Notes: generated from the sequence alone by a model not told the origin. Positions 1-8,467 are shown, numbered from the stretch's first letter. The stretch: DNA of 12,930 bases from Candidatus Thorarchaeota archaeon (GCA_048884965.1 JBHLQH010000064.1:1-12930), one strand, 5' to 3'. A program made the numbers and translations.

Positions 1-1
1 T

Positions 2-487
2 CCTGAGATTACTTGGGAGTACTTTGGTAGCTATACGGATGGGGACCCTGGGTATATCGTGGTGACAGCTTCAGATGCATCAGGTCTAGATATGGATCCA
101 TCAGGAACATACTACTTGACATCCGATCTAGGTGAGCAAACCTTTGATCTTACAGCAGTTGATGGAGATACTGATAGGCCTGGGGATAGTCTGAGCACTG
201 CAATCACAGTTTCTATCGAAATTATAGATGACGATACAATTGCTCCTGAAATAACTTGGGAATACTTTGGTGATGAAACTGATGGAAATCCTGGCTATAT
301 CGAGGTATTCGCTTCGGATACTTCTGGACTCTTTGAAGATCCCTCGGGAATCTACTATCTAACTCCAGATCTAGGCAACCACGTATTCACCTTTGTCGCT
401 GTCGATGCTGATGAGGATCGAGTCGGAGATCAGCTAACTACCACTGTGATCGTCACAATCGAGATAGTAGATGATGACACCATCGCA
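2..487 (+). repeat. Two 243-nt (81-aa) tandem intragenic repeats, followed by two more diverged units (488-832 and about 833-1125)
   Basis: PEITWEYFG starts at 2 and 245, and the next unit (PVVQIDYF) starts at 488, an exact 243-nt period. Shared motifs: DG(D/N)PGYI, ASDxSGLxxDPSGxYYLT, DxDxDR, IEIxDDDTIA. Confidence 0.9.
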
Positions 488-1792
488 CCAGTGGTTCAGA
501 TCGATTACTTCGACGGAGATGGCACCGATCAAAATCCCGGCTACTTTGCTTGGATCATCACAGACTCCGATGATGGAATTGGAGGAGATGGAGATACAGG
601 TTTCAGTAGCATTGAGATCGTTGTAACCTACTCATCTCTGGATGGTTTGAGTGATTTCACCATTACCTTACCAGACAGCGAATCTGGAGAATGGTACCTA
701 CCATCTGAGTTGGGAACATATTCCATCTCAGTCTATGCTCAAGACAACGATGATGATAGAACACTACTTGTGGACTCACTTACGACATCAGCTTCGTTGG
801 AACAGGAGATAGTGGATGATGATACGACTCCTCCTGTGCTGGCCGACTTGATGATTACCGAAACTGAATCTCATCTGATAGTCAGCTTCAATGCATCTGA
901 TGATTCAGGAATCTCAACTGTAGAGATACTCTTTGATGGGCTTTCCTTCGTGCCAGACGTTGTCATTATTTCTGGAGAATCCTATACATACGAGTACAGT
1001 AAGGTGATTCTCTTCGCTCTTGGTATAGGGACTCACCTCCTTGAGATCTATCTAACTGATGGAGATGACGACCGACCAAACGATGAATTGACCTCTGTCT
1101 ACTCAGAGACCATCGACATCCTTGTTGACAACTTGCTTGAATTCATAAAGTACGAGCTGCTGGTCTTGAAGAGTGAGGTCCATGATAATGTGGGTCATCC
1201 ATTCGGGATGATTATCGAGAAGAAGCTCGACAAAGCCATCTGGCGAATTGATTGGGCCATGCAGGAATATCTTGAAGGCAAGATATCATGTTCTTTGATG
1301 CTGGAGCGACTCTCGAAGGTCACCCTTGAGATTATCGAGATTGTTGCTGAGGTTGGAGATTGGTGTGATAAGATTGATAGCTCCTTTGCTGACTATCTAG
1401 TGATACGTCTTCATGAGATTCGAGACCACATCACTTTCGCAATGGCGTCATCAATTGGTACTCAAGTAGCAATCGATATTGCTGCAGTCGAGATACTGAT
1501 TGATCAATTTGCTGATGGACTCTACGATGAGATGTCCTTCTGGGCTGCATTGATAATTGATGTTCACCTTGGTCAAGCTACTAGAAAGTTGGATCAGGTC
1601 TTCATTCAATTGGCACGAGGTCATGAATGTGGAGCAGAGCATCTACTAGAAAGTGCAATTAGAGACCTATACGAAACTGAATGCTGGATTCGCTGCTTGG
1701 CACGATGTGATGTGATTCCGAATGACTTGGCTGATGGTATGATCCTTGCGATTCAGGGATTCATCACGTCACTTCAGGAAATCGTAATTTGA
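2..1792 (+). CDS. Large acidic repeat protein, 5'-truncated: cadherin-like/Ig-fold Ca2+-binding repeats plus a duplicated C-terminal helical domain
   Basis: The frame is open from base 2 (PEITWEYFGSYTDGDPGYIVV...), so the track start at 59 is an internal GTG. Repeats contain AxDxDxDR and (I/V)DDDTxxP motifs and are Asp/Thr/Ser-rich with a beta-strand pattern. A roughly 220-aa helical region follows, ending at TGA 1790-1792. Confidence 0.8.
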   Translation, partial: PEITWEYFGSYTDGDPGYIVVTASDASGLDMDPSGTYYLTSDLGEQTFDLTAVDGDTDRPGDSLSTAITVSIEIIDDDTIAPEITWEYFGDETDGNPGYIEVFASDTSGLFEDPSGIYYLTPDLGNHVFTFVAVDADEDRVGDQLTTTVIVTIEIVDDDTIAPVVQIDYFDGDGTDQNPGYFAWIITDSDDGIGGDGDTGFSSIEIVVTYSSLDGLSDFTITLPDSESGEWYLPSELGTYSISVYAQDNDDDRTLLVDSLTTSASLEQEIVDDDTTPPVLADLMITETESHLIVSFNASDDSGISTVEILFDGLSFVPDVVIISGESYTYEYSKVILFALGIGTHLLEIYLTDGDDDRPNDELTSVYSETIDILVDNLLEFIKYELLVLKSEVHDNVGHPFGMIIEKKLDKAIWRIDWAMQEYLEGKISCSLMLERLSKVTLEIIEIVAEVGDWCDKIDSSFADYLVIRLHEIRDHITFAMASSIGTQVAIDIAAVEILIDQFADGLYDEMSFWAALIIDVHLGQATRKLDQVFIQLARGHECGAEHLLESAIRDLYETECWIRCLARCDVIPNDLADGMILAIQGFITSLQEIVI

Positions 1793-1827
1793 GTAGGGTA
1801 TGAAACTATAGGAGGTATTGCGGTACT

Positions 1828-2208
1828 CTAGAAGACCGCAATAGCCTCAATCTCTACTCTTACATCCTTTGGAAGCCTTGCGACTTCAACAGCAGCTCTT
1901 GCAGGTGGCTTCTCTGTGAACCACTTGGCATATTCAGCATTCATCTCAGCGAAATCATTCATATCTTTCAGGAAAACGGTCACCTTGACTACTTTGCCCA
2001 AGGATGAGCCTGCAGCTTCGATGACACCTTTTACATTGGCTAGAGATTGCTTTGTTTGTTCAGTGATTGAACCTGATACCAATTCTCCTGTGGCAGGATC
2101 AATGGGAATCTGTCCTGAACAGAACACGAAGCCGTTTGCTTTGATTCCCTGTGAATAGGGACCTATAGCTTTAGGTGCATTATCTGTTGCGATAACTTCT
2201 CGAGTCAT
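1828..2208 (-). CDS. ridA: RidA family (YjgF/YER057c/UK114) reactive enamine/imine deaminase
   Basis: Signature motifs [34 protein letters not shown] (catalytic Arg) and VEIEAIA; 126 aa. Confidence 0.95.
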   Translation of the reverse strand: MTREVIATDNAPKAIGPYSQGIKANGFVFCSGQIPIDPATGELVSGSITEQTKQSLANVKGVIEAAGSSLGKVVKVTVFLKDMNDFAEMNAEYAKWFTEKPPARAAVEVARLPKDVRVEIEAIAVF

Positions 2209-2263
2209 TTTGCATCGAGTCAGGTGAAGTATTGACTTCTGCTTTAATCTAGCGGTTGTAGTA

Positions 2264-3235
2264 CTAGCCCGGCGGAGGTGGTGGGACCGCGAAACCTTGG
2301 ACGATAGTCGTGCCAGTTTCCCCTCTTAGAGCACGTGTGATATTCTCAGGATTCGTGATGATTGCCTGCTTGCCTCCGCGCTTGATGAAATCAATGCAAG
2401 CCTCAATCTTTGGCAACATGCTACCTGCGGCAAAATGTCCTTGCTCCATGTACTGCTGAGCTTTGATGTGATCAATCTTCAGGAGGGCTTCTTGGTTTGG
2501 TTTTCCAAAGTTCAAGTAGACCTGTTCAACTGCAGTTGATATCAAGAGGATGTCTGCATTAAGACCATTGGCAAGTAGGCTAGAAGCTCTATCCTTGTCG
2601 ATAACAGCAGCGACACCTTCAAGGTCGCCATCCTTATTCTTAATCACTGGGATTCCTCCACCACCGACAGCATATACTATAGTTCCCAATCGATTTAGAG
2701 CTTTGATTGATTCAAGTTCAACAATATGTTTCGGAATTGGTGAAGCTACAACCCGTCTCCATCCTCGACCGGAGTCTTCTTTGATACTCCAATGCTCCTC
2801 TTTCTCTCGGCGCTTAGCTTCTTTCTCATCCATGAACGATCCTATTGGCTTGTTCGGATTCTGAAATGCTGGGTCCTCTTTGTCCACCAGAACCTGTGTG
2901 ACGATACTTGCTACTTCCTTCTCTATTCCTCTCTTGGAGAATTCGTTGTACATCGCTCGTTGAATCATGTAGCCGATTGCGCCTTGTGTGTCAGCGCCGC
3001 AATAGTCTAACGGGACTTCATGAAGCTCATGTGCTGCGAGCTCAGAACGTCTCAGAATGAATCCTACCTGTGGACCATTTCCTGAAGTGATGACGACATC
3101 CCAACCTTCTACAACCATGTCCGCAATATGCTTGCATGTTTCTGCTGTTGCAGCAAATTGATCTGGGACTGTCTTGTGGTCCTTGTCCTTTATGAGTGAG
3201 TTTCCTCCAATTGCAATAACTGCCTTCTTGGCCAT
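2264..3235 (-). CDS. arcC: Carbamate kinase
   Basis: Motifs [70 protein letters not shown] and GTTI. The ATG at 3235 (MAKKAV) has GAGGA upstream and matches the usual N-terminus; 3274 is an alternative start. Confidence 0.93.
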   Translation of the reverse strand: MAKKAVIAIGGNSLIKDKDHKTVPDQFAATAETCKHIADMVVEGWDVVITSGNGPQVGFILRRSELAAHELHEVPLDYCGADTQGAIGYMIQRAMYNEFSKRGIEKEVASIVTQVLVDKEDPAFQNPNKPIGSFMDEKEAKRREKEEHWSIKEDSGRGWRRVVASPIPKHIVELESIKALNRLGTIVYAVGGGGIPVIKNKDGDLEGVAAVIDKDRASSLLANGLNADILLISTAVEQVYLNFGKPNQEALLKIDHIKAQQYMEQGHFAAGSMLPKIEACIDFIKRGGKQAIITNPENITRALRGETGTTIVQGFAVPPPPPG

Positions 3236-3486
3236 AGTATCAATCCTCGTCTTAGAGGTCCCCAACGGGGACATATCTCCTACATAAACCGAGTGGTTAA
3301 GACCTATTCGATTTAAAAGCTCATACTTGCAAATATATTGTGGTAGAAACTTGGATGATTAAGCGAGTATTTGGAATCTCTACCGTAGGACTCTGGATTC
3401 GACTAAGGTATCAGAGAGTTATAGTAATGATTGATGAGCCCTAAGGTCTATATCGAGCGATGATAGTTGTAGGTAAGTGACCTAGG

Positions 3487-4440
3487 ATGACAACTACAAG
3501 AGAGAGATACGAAGGATGTATGTTGGGACTCGCCATTGGAGATGCCATAGGTGCAGCTACTGAGTTTCTCACATTCGATGAGATTAGGGTGAGGTGGCCT
3601 CCAAATGGAGTTGAATCCTATAATCCCTTCAGAGGGCTCAGGCCTGGTTCATACACTGATGATACCGAACTGTCAATCGCTGTAGCTTTGGGTCTCCTCC
3701 ACGCAAAGGATCATGGAACCAGATTGATAATGGAGAGCATGACAAACGAGTTCATAACTTGGATGGCAAACACTAACAGCTCTCGATCACCAGGAAACAC
3801 CTGTATGATGGGTGTTCAGCACCTGAAGTCTGGTGTCGATTGGTCCGAGTCTGGAATGAACGATTCAAAAGGATGCGGCACTGCGATGAGAGCGGCTCCG
3901 ATTGGACTTGCATATCATCATGCACTCGATGCACTTACCAGCATTTCTTCCCGCATCTCAAAGATGACTCATGGTCATCCATGTGCAACAGCCGGATCCT
4001 TCGCTACCGCATTCCTTGTAGCACGTTCTCTAGATGGTTCCACAACAAGCAACCTACTGGATGAGCTAATCAGTCGTAGTTCATTCATCAGCGATGAGTT
4101 TTCCAATCATATGAAAAAAATACAAGATGCATTGAGTACTGGCAATTCAAAGAGCGCATTTGAGATTCTCGGACAGGGTTGGGTCGCAGAAGAGGCAGTC
4201 GCTGGTGCAGTATATGCCAATATCAAGCATCCTGATTCCTTCAGGGATTGTATTCTTGAGGCTGCAAATTCTGGTGGAGATACCGATTCAAAGGCGTGTA
4301 TTGCTGGAGCGATAGCTGGGACTCGCCTTGGGCGAGATGCAATACCGAATGGATGGATAGAAGGAATCGAGAATCGGGACCTACTCATTGACTTGGCGAA
4401 TCAACTACTTCGATTGCAGAAAGAGCTGGAGCAGATATGA
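3487..4440 (+). CDS. ADP-ribosylglycohydrolase (ARH/DraG family)
   Basis: Motifs GLAIGDAIG, YTDDTE, SKGCGTAMR, MTHGHP and GGDTDS, including the acidic Mg/Mn ligands; 317 aa. Confidence 0.92.
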   Translation: MTTTRERYEGCMLGLAIGDAIGAATEFLTFDEIRVRWPPNGVESYNPFRGLRPGSYTDDTELSIAVALGLLHAKDHGTRLIMESMTNEFITWMANTNSSRSPGNTCMMGVQHLKSGVDWSESGMNDSKGCGTAMRAAPIGLAYHHALDALTSISSRISKMTHGHPCATAGSFATAFLVARSLDGSTTSNLLDELISRSSFISDEFSNHMKKIQDALSTGNSKSAFEILGQGWVAEEAVAGAVYANIKHPDSFRDCILEAANSGGDTDSKACIAGAIAGTRLGRDAIPNGWIEGIENRDLLIDLANQLLRLQKELEQI

Positions 4441-4441
4441 T

Positions 4442-5719
4442 TCAGTAGGAGACAATCCCAACATCATTGTTAAGATTGGCTATATATGCCAGGTACTCCT
4501 TGTCAATATCGCTAGCGTTTTCTGTCGTAGGAGTAGAGCGTTTGAAGAACTCCTCAAATCGATCCACCTCTTGTTGCAGCATTTCCTTTTCGAATAGAAT
4601 ATGTGCTCCTTTGTGAACTTCCATCTGAAGGTCTTCGATATACTTGTGTGCATCACTCACTACATTGGGAGCCTTCTCAGATTGCCTTCGAAGCACTCGT
4701 TCTCTTCTCCACCAGAATGACTCTTCTGAGTATTTCTCGCCTGCAATATCCCATCCTTTGTATACATAGGGGTCTTTGAAAACGAAGGGCCAATGTACAC
4801 TGAAGCATGGATTTGAGGACCCAGTAAACCAATGGATCTCCTTTCCAAGTTCTGAGATCTGACTGCCTGTTGAGGAATCCCTTCTTGTGTGTGATGTGTG
4901 CTGACAAATTGGGGGATTCTCATATTCCCAAGGTTTCCAATCAACAGGATGACTTCGTAGTATTCTCGAGATGTCCTCGAATGTGATCCCTCCTTTCTTC
5001 TGCTCCAGGTACTCTGATGTGTTGGATTGTCTGATCGTACACGCAGTGATATAGTCCATCATCTCGTTGCCATATGCCTGTGAGAATGAGAACGAATTCC
5101 TGTCCTCAACCCATTCTTGTTGAATAGCGAACTCAACTAGGTCCGCTGATGAAAGATCCCACTCTGTACCTATCGTGTAGCCATTTGATATTGAACGAAC
5201 ATCCTCAATTTTCTCTGCAATCCATCTTCGCTGAGAGGTTTCAAGTACCCACCCCTCAATCTTATCTGCGATAATGAAGCTGTTGTGATAGGTAAGCATC
5301 CCTCCTAGTTCGCATGATCCACCTTGTCCATGCGTTTCTAGAAGCTGTGTGATCACATCCAGTGCATCTTTTGCAGACTTTCCCCGTTCTAATCCTAATC
5401 GCAACAGGTCCATACCCAATAGTCCTGTGTCAGGAACTTCTTCTTTCGAGAACACTGCTTCATTCCCAATAACAACTCCATGCTCGTTTGCTCCCATCTC
5501 TGCTCCCCATATCCAATGTGGACGTGAGATGAATATTGCATAGGTTTGCTTCACTTGTGGAATACTGATGTGAGTGCACTTGACCTCATTCTCATCATGA
5601 TCTTTTGCAGGATGATATTCAACTATCTGGGCTTCATTTGGAGGACGATCGCTATTCTTTCCAAAGAGTACATTTCCATCTTTAGTCGCTTTACCAAGAG
5701 CTACCAGAGTATCGCACAT
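4442..5719 (-). CDS. Peptidase C69 / secernin-like N-terminal nucleophile hydrolase
   Basis: True start is probably ATG 5719, giving MCDTLVA with Cys2 as the nucleophile. Motifs FGKNSDR, WGAEMGANEHGV, GNEAV, LLGMDLLRLGLERG, GQGG, YHNSFIIAD and RSISN. Confidence 0.9.
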   Translation of the reverse strand: MCDTLVALGKATKDGNVLFGKNSDRPPNEAQIVEYHPAKDHDENEVKCTHISIPQVKQTYAIFISRPHWIWGAEMGANEHGVVIGNEAVFSKEEVPDTGLLGMDLLRLGLERGKSAKDALDVITQLLETHGQGGSCELGGMLTYHNSFIIADKIEGWVLETSQRRWIAEKIEDVRSISNGYTIGTEWDLSSADLVEFAIQQEWVEDRNSFSFSQAYGNEMMDYITACTIRQSNTSEYLEQKKGGITFEDISRILRSHPVDWKPWEYENPPICQHTSHTRRDSSTGSQISELGKEIHWFTGSSNPCFSVHWPFVFKDPYVYKGWDIAGEKYSEESFWWRRERVLRRQSEKAPNVVSDAHKYIEDLQMEVHKGAHILFEKEMLQQEVDRFEEFFKRSTPTTENASDIDKEYLAYIANLNNDVGIVSY

Positions 5720-5786
5720 TCTAATCAGAAAATAATATGCAAAACTCCCTGAGTAATCTTGTGGTTTCAAGAAGGATAGCTGCGAA

Positions 5787-6521
5787 TCACTGTTTCATCT
5801 CGTTTAACCACTCTTCAAGGTAAGTGGACTCTGTCTCATCTGCTCCGCCAACAGTCCTTCCAGTCATCGCATCAACCAAGCTTTTGGCTCTTAGCAGGAT
5901 TGAGCGATCCTTCTTGATCAGCGTTTCAGCATACTCAAGTGCGGCTGGAAGTAATTCTGTTTGAGGAAGGACTCTATCTGCTAGTCCGATTCTCAAGCAT
6001 TCATCAGCAGAAACTGTTCTTCCTGACATTAGAATGTCCTTTGCTCGAGAAGGTCCTACCAGGTGGACCAGGTTGGACGCTGCACCTGCGCCTGGGAAAA
6101 CTCCCACATCGATTTCAGGAAGACGATAAGCGGCATTTTCAGAAAAGAATCTGAAATCACATGCACCTGAGACCATTGCACCGAATCCAATAGCATAGCC
6201 ATTGACTGCTGCGATAGTAATGCAATGCCTTGCCTGACGGATGATTCTGATGATTTTCTCTAGCCTCTTGAAGAAGTCATACTTTTCGTGCTTGTCAAGA
6301 CCAGTGATCATCTTGAGGTCAAATCCAGCACTGAAGGCCTTCTCTCCCTCTCCCGTGAAGACTATTGCTTGTATTTCTGAATCATTAATGAACTTTGAAA
6401 CCTTATCTGCAAACGAATCCAACATCTCAGCAGTCACACTGTTCAGCTTCTCAGGGCGTGAGAAGGTTATTGTGACGATTGAATCCTTTCTCTCTGATTT
6501 AATTTCTCCATTCACATTCAT
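5787..6521 (-). CDS. Enoyl-CoA hydratase/isomerase (crotonase) family protein
   Basis: Motifs SRPEKLNS, AFSAGFDL, IAAVNGYAIG, CDFR, LPEIDVGVFPGAG, LVGPSRAKDILMSG and GLADRV. Confidence 0.92.
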   Translation of the reverse strand: MNVNGEIKSERKDSIVTITFSRPEKLNSVTAEMLDSFADKVSKFINDSEIQAIVFTGEGEKAFSAGFDLKMITGLDKHEKYDFFKRLEKIIRIIRQARHCITIAAVNGYAIGFGAMVSGACDFRFFSENAAYRLPEIDVGVFPGAGAASNLVHLVGPSRAKDILMSGRTVSADECLRIGLADRVLPQTELLPAALEYAETLIKKDRSILLRAKSLVDAMTGRTVGGADETESTYLEEWLNEMKQ

Positions 6522-6647
6522 TCACCAATGATACCGCATTTCAGAGAACATGATATAGCCTTTTGGGGAGATGGAATTGAACAGTACTTGGTTAGTAACC
6601 TTCATCTGGATTCGAGTCGTATCTACTACTGTGGTGGGGTGACATTG

Positions 6648-7016
6648 ATGCTATCCATTCTTCTTCTATGGCCGAATGTGATTATCTATGGAGTCATATT
6701 TGTGATTCTATATCATACAGAATTCAGAAAGGAACGAAAGAAAGGAGTTTATGCACCCTCCTACATCTTCCTGCTTCTATGGCTCTGTGGAACACTGTTT
6801 TTTTTCGTTTCTGCCTACAATGCCTACATAGCTGTTCTTGCACCAGATCCTTGGGGGGTTTATATCTCCCCCTCCGATGAAATCATCTATTGGAACACTC
6901 TCTGGGGTCTAATTCCCGCAACGATTTTCTTGCTGATACTCTCTATATCATTTGCCATTGATAGCATCCTTTCAAAGAAGATTCCCACCGAGCAATCTCC
7001 CAAACCGGGATGGTAG
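6648..7016 (+). CDS. Hypothetical small membrane protein with about 3 TM helices (paralog 1)
   Basis: Three hydrophobic segments. ATG 6648 is preceded by GGGGTGA and aligns with the start of the downstream paralog, so it is preferred over track start 6528. Confidence 0.75.
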   Translation: MLSILLLWPNVIIYGVIFVILYHTEFRKERKKGVYAPSYIFLLLWLCGTLFFFVSAYNAYIAVLAPDPWGVYISPSDEIIYWNTLWGLIPATIFLLILSISFAIDSILSKKIPTEQSPKPGW

Positions 7017-7043
7017 TTGGGCTCATTTCTGGAGGTTCAAAGT

Positions 7044-7388
7044 ATGCTGATTCTATTCTGGCCTGGTGTCATTGTCTTGGGAACAGTTACTTTCTTTCTT
7101 CATTTTACATCTTTTAGAGAACAGCGAATGAGAGGAAGCTATGGTAACACGAATTTATTCGTGCTGCTATGGATGGTCGCTTTCCTTGGCTTCTTTGCAC
7201 TAGCCTACAAATCCTACTTTCCACTCCTCCATCTCGAGATTCATGATCTATGGATTTCACCTTCTGCATACGATGAGTTTTGGAACTTCTATTGGAGCGC
7301 ATTACTCTCCTCTATAATTTTCCTCACACTTGCGCTCCTAAGTTTCTACGAGAGAGTTATAATTCCAAGAAGGAAGTCTATTCAATGA
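7044..7388 (+). CDS. Hypothetical small membrane protein with about 3 TM helices (paralog 2)
   Basis: GGAGGT SD before ATG 7044. Colinear with the 6648-7016 product (WP, TxFRxxRxxGxY, LLW, AYxxY, ISPS, WNxxW). Confidence 0.78.
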   Translation: MLILFWPGVIVLGTVTFFLHFTSFREQRMRGSYGNTNLFVLLWMVAFLGFFALAYKSYFPLLHLEIHDLWISPSAYDEFWNFYWSALLSSIIFLTLALLSFYERVIIPRRKSIQ

Positions 7389-7839
7389 ATAATTGATCCA
7401 GAGGCTTCTCACCTTTGTAGATGTACTTGCATTCAGGATAGAGCGCACATCCATAAAAAATACCCTTCCCGTCCTTCTTCTTCTTCTTGATGAGAGGATG
7501 TCCTTGGGGATCGACATAGTCTGTTATCATGTCTATAAGTTCCTCAATCTTATCAGCAAGATTCTCATCCCAGTTCGTAGTTCGAAGAGTCTTGGGAGCG
7601 GTTTCCACGATCTTTCTATCATTATACATCAATACAGTCTTTATGGCATCACTCCCTTTTTCGCGTGATACTCCGGTGTTCTTGTCAATTGTGGAATATA
7701 TCCAGATGGACATCTTGTTGAGGAAGGAGATCTTATAGACTGCCTCGAAAACTCCGGGAGGTCTGATTAGTATTGGTTTGTACCTCTTCAATGCCTTCTC
7801 AAAATCATATTGAGTCATCTCTACATATCTATCGACCAA
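7378..7839 (-). CDS. Hypothetical protein with a C-terminal topoisomerase-type (zf-C4-like) zinc ribbon, degenerate
   Basis: The C-terminus DPQGHPLIKKKKKDGKGIFYGCALYPECKY fits the GxFxGCxxYPxC ribbon motif. TTG start with GGGAGA upstream. Confidence 0.75.
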   Translation of the reverse strand: MVDRYVEMTQYDFEKALKRYKPILIRPPGVFEAVYKISFLNKMSIWIYSTIDKNTGVSREKGSDAIKTVLMYNDRKIVETAPKTLRTTNWDENLADKIEELIDMITDYVDPQGHPLIKKKKKDGKGIFYGCALYPECKYIYKGEKPLDQLFIE

Positions 7840-7882
7840 TTGAATCTCCCAATGATTCTCAGGCAGTTACTAAAGATAAATC

Positions 7883-8467
7883 CTAGCTATCCTCTTTTTG
7901 TAGCAGGCTTTCTACCTTGCCTATGGAATCTTTGATGTATGAATTGTTGGGGTCGAGCTTCAGTGCGTAGAAGAAAGCATCATACGCCTCCTCATATCGC
8001 TTCAGTTTCACATAGATTCGTCCCAGTGATATCCAAGCTGTTTCTTCAGTGTCATCGATATCTAGAGACCTTCGTATCATCTCGATGGCCTCATCATCCT
8101 GATTTTTCTTCTCAAGAACGTTGCCAAGTCGATGCCAGTTACGAGCATTTTCGGGATTGAGCTTTATAGCTTTTCTGATGTAATCTTCTGCTTTGTCATA
8201 CTGCTTGAGGAGAATAAGGGACTCCCCAAGGTGTGCCCACGCTAAACCGTTTGCTGGGTCTAGTCTAACTGCACGGGCGAGATACTTCATTCCCTGTTCT
8301 GCTGATTTCCGAGATGAGTTAAGCATCACACCGAATGCAATGAGTGCCTCGAGGTTATCAGGATCCATTTTGAGAGCTCTTCGAAAGAGAGCACGAGCTC
8401 TATTCTGTTCTCCCTTCAATGCAGCACCCTTGGCTTCTAGTATGAGGTGCTCGATATCCTCGGACAT
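7883..8467 (-). CDS. Tetratricopeptide repeat (TPR) protein
   Basis: About five units of roughly 34 aa with TPR consensus: ALKMDPDN, AWAHLGE...AIKLNPEN, NWHRLGN, AWISLGR...ALKLDPNN. Confidence 0.9.
   Translation of the reverse strand: MSEDIEHLILEAKGAALKGEQNRARALFRRALKMDPDNLEALIAFGVMLNSSRKSAEQGMKYLARAVRLDPANGLAWAHLGESLILLKQYDKAEDYIRKAIKLNPENARNWHRLGNVLEKKNQDDEAIEMIRRSLDIDDTEETAWISLGRIYVKLKRYEEAYDAFFYALKLDPNNSYIKDSIGKVESLLQKEDS

Noticed and set aside
1790-1834. Possible selenocysteine readthrough of the TGA ending the repeat protein (other TGA-terminated genes were also considered)
   Set aside because: Readthrough adds only 13 unremarkable codons that run into ridA. There is no redox motif or adjacent SECIS-like stem, and the other TGA stops fall at the expected family C-termini.
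2265-2296. GC-rich patch that might be an RNA gene or terminator
   Set aside because: Explained by the Pro/Gly codons of the carbamate kinase C-terminal VPPPPPG; no tRNA cloverleaf.
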